DNA of 54,759 bases from a virus (Duplodnaviria > Caudoviricetes). Shown here one piece after another: positions 1-5,717 of the stretch. The stretch spans positions 1 through 54,759 of the IMG/VR virus record IMGVR_UViG_3300030098_005273. One strand, 5' to 3'. The notes beneath the pieces are model-generated. The model saw only the letters and a list, made by a program, of their open reading frames with translations. It was not told where the DNA came from and did not search any database. How positions within the stretch are numbered: the first letter of the stretch is position 1; each line of letters starts with the position of its first letter. A program made the translations under genes and the position numbers.

Positions 1-75
1 AAATAGATCATCAGGAATTTCAGACCTATATACAAATTTAATCTTTTTAAAACTAGCATTTCTATCTGTTCTCAT
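1..75 (-). CDS. Hypothetical protein, N-terminal part only (runs off the window edge)
   Basis: ATG at 75 overlaps the TAA of the upstream gene (TAATG); open frame MRTDRNASFKKIKFVYRSEIPDDLF to position 1. Confidence 0.6.
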   Translation of the reverse strand, partial: MRTDRNASFKKIKFVYRSEIPDDLF

Positions 76-353
76 TATTCATCTCCTACACTTAATACAG
101 GTAATGTTATTTCACCAACAACTAATGCACCACCATCATTACCTTCATCATCTCTCATAGGATATACCCAATCACCATTGTCTAACTGAAATATTACAGG
201 CTTACAATACCACCCACAATCCTTACTTTCTGCATCACTTAAATATTCTACCCTAGTAATCTTTTTTCCAAGTAAATGTTCATTAGCATATTCAGTCCAA
301 TACTTACTTCTTTGCTTTGGATCGCTTAGATCTACTTTTTCTTTTTCTGACAT
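75..353 (-). CDS. Hypothetical phage protein (92 aa)
   Basis: ORF track 75..377; likelier start ATG 353 (MSEKEK) after AAGGGGG; C-terminal YPMRDDEGNDGGAL motif. Confidence 0.75.
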   Translation of the reverse strand: MSEKEKVDLSDPKQRSKYWTEYANEHLLGKKITRVEYLSDAESKDCGWYCKPVIFQLDNGDWVYPMRDDEGNDGGALVVGEITLPVLSVGDE

Positions 354-441
354 CTTTCCCCCTTGGTCTATAACCAAATATTGTATTATTAATTTTTCTT
401 ACCAAACCCCATAGAATGCGAAGCTCTTGTTTTTTACTCAT
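304..441 (-). CDS. Small basic hypothetical protein (45 aa, not in ORF track)
   Basis: GAGGAGG upstream of ATG 441; MSKKQELRILWGLVRK...KAKK*; fills the gap between neighbours. Confidence 0.5.
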   Translation of the reverse strand: MSKKQELRILWGLVRKINNTIFGYRPRGKDVRKRKSRSKRSKAKK

Positions 442-628
442 CTTCATCCTCCTCTAAGGTATATTCTTGTGTGTTATCTTGCATCCACTCAGCCCAGCAG
501 TTACCATTTCCGCATAATCTATTACTTGTGTCGTGTTCACAACTATAATAATTAGCATAAAAAGTATCTGTGAGCTTTGTGTCGCAATAATAACATTTAT
601 AGGCTTCCACTTTCACCTTCTTCATCAT
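434..628 (-). CDS. Small Cys-rich (zinc-finger-like) protein
   Basis: CYYC and CGNGNC motifs; overlaps neighbouring ORFs in operon fashion. Confidence 0.7.
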   Translation of the reverse strand: MMKKVKVEAYKCYYCDTKLTDTFYANYYSCEHDTSNRLCGNGNCWAEWMQDNTQEYTLEEDEDE

Positions 629-938
629 TTCTTCGATGAGTTAATTCCGCAGCATTTTTATCTTTTATGAAATTTTCTAGCTCTTCTTCAACTAGCATAA
701 CTACATCATCTGATAAATGCTCTATATTTGCTCTGTCTGAACTATTAAGATTAACTGTAATGCTGTCACTGTAGTCATCAACTGATAATTCAGGTTCTGA
801 TTCTAATACATAATAATTATCTAAACATTTAGTCCAATGTTTACATGCTATATCTAATATCGCTTTTATAGTAATATTAGCCTCCATTGACTTAGTTTCT
901 ATAATTTTAGCTTTAACATTATTTTCTAATATTGACAT
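597..938 (-). CDS. Hypothetical protein
   Basis: 113-aa ORF with AGGAGG upstream. Confidence 0.7.
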   Translation of the reverse strand: MSILENNVKAKIIETKSMEANITIKAILDIACKHWTKCLDNYYVLESEPELSVDDYSDSITVNLNSSDRANIEHLSDDVVMLVEEELENFIKDKNAAELTHRRNDEEGESGSL

Positions 939-940
939 AT

Positions 941-1255
941 TTAGCCCTCCTTTAAGAGTCTTTTTAATTTTATATACTGGCGCTTACCATCAATTAATTC
1001 ATCGGGTATATCTTTAGCTTTTAAATTACTTTTATCAGCTATCATATTTGCCACATATGAATCAATCAATTCTTCTCTATATCCTTTATGCAATTCTTTG
1101 TAATGTTCTTTATTATTTCTGTAGTATTCTTTTGCATACTTACCCTTATCATCACATTTATCACATACATGATATTTTTCTACATATTTAAGAACAGGAG
1201 GAAGATCTAAACTTTGTTTCCTCCCATCCTCTTCAAAACATTTCAAACACTTCAT
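941..1255 (-). CDS. Zinc-finger hypothetical protein
   Basis: CLKC...CDKC; C-terminal IPDELIDGKRQYIKLKR; ATGA overlap with upstream gene. Confidence 0.75.
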   Translation of the reverse strand: MKCLKCFEEDGRKQSLDLPPVLKYVEKYHVCDKCDDKGKYAKEYYRNNKEHYKELHKGYREELIDSYVANMIADKSNLKAKDIPDELIDGKRQYIKLKRLLKEG

Positions 1256-1482
1256 TTAAGGAATAAATCCTTCTTAGTAGGTTTAGTACCAAGTAATTTG
1301 AAGTATTCCAACATCACCTTCATAAAGTTCAGTTGTTTACCTATACCATTATTAATCTCAACAGCTTCGGTATTCTTATAATAACCATCTTTGGCTATTA
1401 ATGATTTTACAACACCTCTGTGCTGTTTCATCATATCCTCAAAACTATCAAAATCATCAAGCGTTGTTTTGTCTATTGGCAT
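1252..1482 (-). CDS. Hypothetical protein (76 aa)
   Basis: ORF track starts at 1593, but CAGGAG precedes ATG 1482 (MPIDKTT); the extension lies in structured RNA. Confidence 0.7.
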   Translation of the reverse strand: MPIDKTTLDDFDSFEDMMKQHRGVVKSLIAKDGYYKNTEAVEINNGIGKQLNFMKVMLEYFKLLGTKPTKKDLFLK

Positions 1483-1509
1483 TGACTTTTCTCCTGTTTT
1501 AATTAATAG

Positions 1510-1870
1510 AATTCTCTGGGACGAACCACAGTTATTTCGTGGACTCGATGAGTGATCTTCGTGTCGTCCCCGTGCCGTGATTAGTGTAAGCATCTGTTAT
1601 TTCGAGTCACTCAGTAATCATCTAGTTACACTCAGCACATAGACCCTACCCATGGTCAAAAAGTCTCCTTCCTCCACGGTTGGTCATAAGTTTAAATTTC
1701 CTCTACCTGCTACTTATGTTCACAGGCAGAGACATGTAACGATAGCTCCCTTGTTGACATAGATTTCGTATATACTATATCTAGGTGTGCACTACTACCG
1801 CCTCAGCTCTAATTTTTTCCTTCCTGCCGCCAGCCTTTTGTATATACTACCTGGTAGGCTTCACCATTGA
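1510..1870 (-). ncRNA. Large structured ncRNA candidate (RNA-C)
   Basis: No credible ORF, GC above flanks. Helices AGCCT/AGGCT, TAGAT/ATCTA, CTCTGCCTG/CAGGTAGAG (loop CATAAGT complementary to downstream ACTTATG), GGGACGA/TCGTCCC; repeated AGTATATAC and CGAAATAAC motifs. Confidence 0.6.
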
Positions 1871-1875
1871 ATGAA

Positions 1876-1956
1876 TTAGGGGAATATTTGAGTGTGAGGT
1901 CGCAGATCAGGTTAGTAGTCTGCTATTCTATGCTAGGTGAGTAGCTATTCCCCTAA
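1876..1956 (-). ncRNA. Small stem-closed three-way-junction RNA
   Basis: Perfect 11-bp closing stem TTAGGGGAATA/TATTCCCCTAA enclosing GCTA/TAGC and GCAGA/TCTGC hairpins. Confidence 0.5.
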
Positions 1957-1959
1957 AGA

Positions 1960-2011
1960 ATGAAGATATGACGTAAAGGAAGGCCTATGAAACCGAACCG
2001 CCTATCTTCAT
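1960..2011 (-). ncRNA. Hairpin RNA with 25-nt loop antisense to an RBS-ATG-like sequence
   Basis: Stem ATGAAGATA-GGCG/CGTC-A-TATCTTCAT; loop GTTCGGTTTCATAGGCCTTCCTTTA. Confidence 0.45.
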
Positions 2012-2016
2012 CATAT

Positions 2017-2244
2017 CTATTCCTCTGGGAAAATTGAATCTATCATGATTGACAGGCTCAATTTATATTTAAACTCATCAGTCTTAGCTTTTAACTTATC
2101 TAAGATGATTGGCTTATTGGACACAAATGTAATATAAACATCTGATGGGTCTTCCATATTAAGAGTGACATGCTTTATTTGCTTTAATCCATAGTAATTT
2201 CGCATATCCTCTAATGCTTGAGATATCTTATATATATCACTCAT
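2017..2244 (-). CDS. Hypothetical protein
   Basis: 75-aa ORF, GAGGAGG RBS. Confidence 0.75.
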   Translation of the reverse strand: MSDIYKISQALEDMRNYYGLKQIKHVTLNMEDPSDVYITFVSNKPIILDKLKAKTDEFKYKLSLSIMIDSIFPEE

Positions 2245-2354
2245 TATAACCTCCTCATATAAGTCTGAAGGGCTTTAACTCCAAAATATATTAATACAAT
2301 CTCTGCAAACGACCTTATTATATATATAAAATCATAAAATATTGGTATATCCAT
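2244..2354 (-). CDS. Small hydrophobic protein (36 aa, not in ORF track)
   Basis: AAAGGAGG RBS; MDIPIFYDFIYIIRSFAEIVLIYFGVKALQTYMRRL; TAATG overlaps at both ends. Confidence 0.65.
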   Translation of the reverse strand: MDIPIFYDFIYIIRSFAEIVLIYFGVKALQTYMRRL

Positions 2355-2485
2355 TATTTCCCTCCTTTGTATACTACAATAGGCTTAGTTTCTTTCATCC
2401 AGTCTAGTATTTCTTTAACCACACTATCTGGTGAATTACCTTCAACAATTACTTTTGACACTAAGTGCCTGAATTTAACATTCAT
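2354..2485 (-). CDS. Small hypothetical protein (43 aa)
   Basis: AAGGAG upstream of ATG 2485 (MNVKF); the ORF-track extension to 2536 runs into the tmRNA-like RNA. Confidence 0.65.
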   Translation of the reverse strand: MNVKFRHLVSKVIVEGNSPDSVVKEILDWMKETKPIVVYKGGK

Positions 2486-2511
2486 ATGCTTCTCCTTATA
2501 TTTAAAATGAG

Positions 2512-2590
2512 TGGAGTTGGTGGGAATCGAACCCACGTCCTACTATAATACTCTTTCGAGTCTTAGAATAGTCGAAAACCATTCAACCCC
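2512..2590 (-). ncRNA. tmRNA-like RNA consisting only of the tRNA-like domain (mini-tmRNA, 79 nt)
   Basis: GGGGTTG-AATGGTTTTCGA-CTATTCTAAGACTC-GAAA-GAGTATTATAGTAG-GAC-GTGGG-TTCGATT-CCCAC-CAACTCC-A. 7-bp acceptor stem with G3.U wobble and A discriminator; stemless tmRNA-type D-loop ending TTCGAC; GGAC-T arm as at tmRNA 3' ends; CCA not encoded. Confidence 0.85.
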
Positions 2591-2595
2591 TATTT

Positions 2596-2880
2596 GGGTA
2601 CATAAACTGAGACTATGTTTATATACTAGAGAACCTTTGGAAGACTTATTGGTTATCTTCTTTGTCCACTATGTGTTGCCACACAGTAATTCTCCAAACT
2701 CAGTAGTTATAGACTACCACACTTATCGAGTCAGGTCGCTCAACAGTTAATCAATCCTAAGCAGAGTAGCGAGCTCTGAATAAGTTCTTTCACCATTAAA
2801 CATACAAACCTTGACAGGTCAATATGCACTCTATTCACCGAAGTGTAGAGTTTTAGAGTCCTTTGCTCCTTCCTCGCATT
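2596..2880 (-). ncRNA. Large structured ncRNA candidate (RNA-B) abutting the mini-tmRNA
   Basis: ACTCTA-CAC-TTCG-GTG-AA-TAGAGT (cUUCGg); CAGAG-CTCGCTA-CTCTG with loop complementary to downstream AGCGA; ACTGTGTG-GCAA-CACATAGT; terminal TATATAAAC-ATAGTCTCA-GTTTATGTA. Confidence 0.65.
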
Positions 2881-2934
2881 GTCAATTTGTCTTTTTTATC
2901 TATTCATATTATTTACTTTTAGTTAATAGTATTA

Positions 2935-3380
2935 ATTAGAGGGTTAGGTGGCTGCGAGACGACAATGTTGCGGCTTACCAATCTTTTGGACTAGTAAATA
3001 CCACACTCGCATCCTTCATATAATGTCTGGTGAACATAAATATAAGATGTTTCAGGCATGCTTACTCTCTCTTACCTCTCGATAAGACAGTAACCTTAAC
3101 AATGGAACACGACCTATGCACCACACAGCGGCCTAAATTCCTACCCTTTTGATCTATTGAATGTCACCATTCTCAACTCGACTCCCACATCAAGTATTAC
3201 TCAGTCACACCTCATCAGCGTTTGCCACAAAGGCATGAACAAGTAACGATAGGGCTTGCATTGGTAGACCATTTCTGGCGCCTATAATCCATTAATTAAT
3301 TGAATTGGACTTCGACTTTCACCTATTACTAGGCTTATCCTTGTGTTTTATATGCGATACAATACTACCACATAATTCTT
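2935..3380 (-). ncRNA. Large structured ncRNA candidate (RNA-A), possibly GOLLD/ROOL-like
   Basis: GNRA hairpins CCTA-GTAA-TAGG, CCA-GAAA-TGG, GAATG-GTGA-CATTC, CTTATC-GAGA-GGTAAG; nested GCGAG-TGTGG..TACTAGTC-CAAAA-GATTGGTA..CCGCA..CTCGC; long-range AGGGTAGG/CCTAACCCT; no ORF. Confidence 0.65.
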
Positions 3381-3485
3381 ACGAATTTTACAAAATCTTT
3401 AAACTACAACAAATAATAACAACGTTGTAATTGGTAAGGTGCATGCTAAGGTAAGGTTCTACTTCAGCACACACCCAAAAACAAT

Positions 3486-3701
3486 TTAAATCTTTACTTT
3501 TGCCCAAGAAGATGTATCTACCCATTCTTTATCAAATGGTAGCTTATCAGCATTATTACGCTCTGCGTCTAAAACAGATTTAAGTGCGAAATAGTCAGCT
3601 TTCCAAGACAAATACCTCTTTTGAGCTTTCTTATACTTATTAATAACAATAAATATAAGTATTAGCTCTACAAGGGCAACAGAGAGGATAATAGTAATCA
3701 T
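3486..3701 (-). CDS. Small membrane-anchored protein
   Basis: N-terminal hydrophobic helix MITIILSVALVELILIFIVI followed by basic residues. Confidence 0.75.
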   Translation of the reverse strand: MITIILSVALVELILIFIVINKYKKAQKRYLSWKADYFALKSVLDAERNNADKLPFDKEWVDTSSWAKVKI

Positions 3702-3910
3702 TTTAACCTCCCCTCATCATCAGTAAATACAGGCGACATAGTATCACCGTATTTATCCATGAAGTTGTCGTAGACATGGTATAATCTATCTTCTTCAACC
3801 ATAGTATCCATTTCTACTGTACCACATTTACAATCAATAGTAGTGGTAAAACTATTTTTAGTAACACATGCTACCTCTTTGCATTGAGGGCATTCAACAA
3901 ATAACTGCAT
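3698..3910 (-). CDS. Zinc-ribbon protein
   Basis: CPQC...CKC; AAGGAG RBS. Confidence 0.75.
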   Translation of the reverse strand: MQLFVECPQCKEVACVTKNSFTTTIDCKCGTVEMDTMVEEDRLYHVYDNFMDKYGDTMSPVFTDDEGRLK

Positions 3911-4073
3911 AGATTCTCCTTATCTTTTAGTTTAGTGTGTTTAGTATAAGTCGGTATTTAATACATCACACACACACGCACTTACAATAACAAAAGAAAC
4001 AAAACAAATAATACAATAAAAGGCAGGAAAGAGGATGCTCTATCACCTGCACCCTCTAACCCAGAGAAACCTT

Positions 4074-4346
4074 CTACTTCTTCTTATCTAGCTTGCCTAA
4101 CACTTTGGCTACTAGTCCACTGAGCTCAGCTGTTTGAGCCTGATTCTCAGCCACAATCTGCAATAGATTGTTATCTGCATCAACTTTAGCCAGCGTATTA
4201 GTCATCAACATGAACGCATCCATATTACCTGCTACAGCATGAGCTAATGCAATATCTTCAGTACTTTTCTTGTACTCAGGTGAGACACTGATCCCATTAT
4301 TCCTGTTAAACTGTTGGGCCACCTTGGCCTTAGTATACTTATCCAT
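4074..4346 (-). CDS. Hypothetical protein, first gene of the leftward operon
   Basis: TAGGAG RBS; 90-aa ORF. Confidence 0.75.
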   Translation of the reverse strand: MDKYTKAKVAQQFNRNNGISVSPEYKKSTEDIALAHAVAGNMDAFMLMTNTLAKVDADNNLLQIVAENQAQTAELSGLVAKVLGKLDKKK

Positions 4347-4381
4347 TACTTTATCTCCTATTTAATGACAAATAAATACTC

Positions 4382-4460
4382 AAAAAAGAAATCAAAAAAT
4401 CAAAAATAACGAAAAAACGATAGTCAAAAACCCCTGATAAGGGGTACCCCTTTGGGGAAA
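4382..4460. other. Phased A-tracts plus C4/G4 palindromic block at the divergence point (candidate pac/terminus/origin site)
   Basis: A5-6 tracts start at 4382, 4394, 4402, 4412, 4426; then CCCCTGATAAGGGGTACCCCTTTGGGG containing the palindrome GGGGTACCCC (4441-4450); upstream of TerS. Confidence 0.5.
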
Positions 4461-4496
4461 CACCACACGATAAAATGCTATAATTTTTAAAACCTC

Positions 4497-4526
4497 TTGG
4501 TTTAAATAATAAAGTTACCTTATATT
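4497..4526 (+). promoter_or_regulatory. Putative sigma70-type promoter of the late operon
   Basis: TTGGTT-N18-TATATT at the start of the rightward unit. Confidence 0.35.
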
Positions 4527-4529
4527 TCG

Positions 4530-4750
4530 CTATTGGCATTCTACATAGAATATCATCCTTGATGGCTTCGCAAGCAAGTAAAGGATCAGAAGTTGGGTTG
4601 CCACCTCATATAGAGGTTAAGGATTGTCCCCAATAGTCAATAAAACAGACTCTGATATAAGTTTGGATATGGGAGAGATTACTGGTCTAAAAGCGAAATT
4701 CAGAAGTTAAAAGTTCAAAAATTGGTTAAGCCCTCTCAGGGCTTTTTCTA
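4530..4750 (+). ncRNA. Structured leader / ncRNA ending in an intrinsic-terminator-like hairpin
   Basis: Hairpins ATTCT/AGAAT, ATCCTT..AAGGAT, ACCTC-ATATA-GAGGT, CAGACT..AGTTTG; ends AAGCCCT-CTC-AGGGCTTTTT (4728-4747). Confidence 0.45.
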
Positions 4751-4766
4751 TCTAATTGGAGATTAT

Positions 4767-4952
4767 ATGAAGAAAGAATATGTATTAAGGATTATATATA
4801 ATACAGAGACCCAAGAGATTGAACATTTATCTGAAAGTTTTAGTGATGAAGATAAGCTGTGTATGCTTGTAGATGATGAGGAGGTAGAGATATCAGAAGA
4901 GTTGAGAGAATTATTAGAGAAAATGGATTCATATATAATAGGGCTATGTTAG
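4767..4952 (+). CDS. Small acidic hypothetical protein (61 aa)
   Basis: GGAG upstream of ATG 4767 (MKKEY); ORF-track start 4722 overlaps the hairpin. Confidence 0.7.
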   Translation: MKKEYVLRIIYNTETQEIEHLSESFSDEDKLCMLVDDEEVEISEELRELLEKMDSYIIGLC

Positions 4953-4988
4953 TAGCGCCCGAACCCCTGGCGGGGTACGGAGTTTAAG

Positions 4989-5717
4989 ATGAGACATTAT
5001 AAGGTGAACAGGATAAATCACACTGTTTTCGATTCTGTCGAGGAAGTGCCGCCAGAGATAAGTTATCTGGAGGACTGGAGGGATGGTCATATAAGTGATT
5101 GGGTAAAGACTGACGATGGATGTGTGATACAGATTTTAAGAAGAGGCAGTATGATGAAGCCTAAGGGTAAAGTCCGTAAAGTTGACTATGTAGGTACTTG
5201 TACAGGTACTTTCTTAGTTACTAAAAAGAACTCTATGGATGCCTCTAAAAGAGTTAATATATATAGCATTAGTGGGAACGTTGATAGGGATGATCAGGTA
5301 AAGAATAGAGATAACCTATCTAGTAAGGAGGAATTATTTGTCCAGTATCTGGCTTCAGGTATCGATGCACGCACAGCGTATCTAAAGGCATTCCCTACGA
5401 ATGACCCGCACTATGCACAGATGCGTGCTGGGCAATTAATTAAAACAACAAGGGTGAAAACAGCTATGAAAGAAGAGTTAAAGCCTATATTGGAAGAATT
5501 AGGTATAAATGAGACAAGTATATTGAGAAATATAAACCTTATAGCAGAGACTGCTCAAAAGGAAGATACAAGGCTAAAAGCTTTGTTTAAGTTGTCTGAT
5601 ATTATGGATTTAGAGGATAAGAATAAAACTCAGGTAACCCAATTAACAGGTGCTGTTTTTCAAGGGTTCTCTAAGGATAAACTAAAGGAGGCTGAAAGGC
5701 CTAAGGAGATAAAATAA
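4989..5717 (+). CDS. Putative terminase small subunit
   Basis: TerS-type helical motif LSSKEELFVQYLASGIDARTAYLKAF and DTRLKAL; upstream of TerL. Confidence 0.65.
   Translation: MRHYKVNRINHTVFDSVEEVPPEISYLEDWRDGHISDWVKTDDGCVIQILRRGSMMKPKGKVRKVDYVGTCTGTFLVTKKNSMDASKRVNIYSISGNVDRDDQVKNRDNLSSKEELFVQYLASGIDARTAYLKAFPTNDPHYAQMRAGQLIKTTRVKTAMKEELKPILEELGINETSILRNINLIAETAQKEDTRLKALFKLSDIMDLEDKNKTQVTQLTGAVFQGFSKDKLKEAERPKEIK

Noticed and set aside
2512-2540. attP remnant for integration at ssrA
   Set aside because: att sites usually keep only one end; here both termini pair into a full TLD and no integrase is present in the window
2512-2590. Ordinary tRNA-Ala gene
   Set aside because: No D-stem and no 7-nt anticodon loop; the D-loop and GGAC-T-arm junction are tmRNA-type
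2511-2750. 79-aa plus-strand ORF from the track
   Set aside because: Antisense shadow of the mini-tmRNA and RNA-B; no RBS, opposite to the local operon
2596-2760. Group I intron core (AAACATAGTCT resembles the S element)
   Set aside because: No matching GACTA strand for P7 and no interrupted gene
2512-2880. Classical permuted two-piece tmRNA with tag frame in RNA-B
   Set aside because: Termini are in non-permuted order; the only Ala-ending short frame I found (KNLFRARYSA*) is not a convincing SsrA tag
3195-3230. Hammerhead ribozyme (CTGATGAG on the minus strand)
   Set aside because: No stem II closing onto a downstream GAAA core
2860-3330. RNase P RNA (GAGGAAGG and GAAAGTC motifs)
   Set aside because: No contiguous GAGGAAAGUCC and no matching 3' P4 strand
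4351-4539. 62-aa minus-strand ORF
   Set aside because: Derived from the A-tract/palindrome control region; Phe-rich by composition, no RBS
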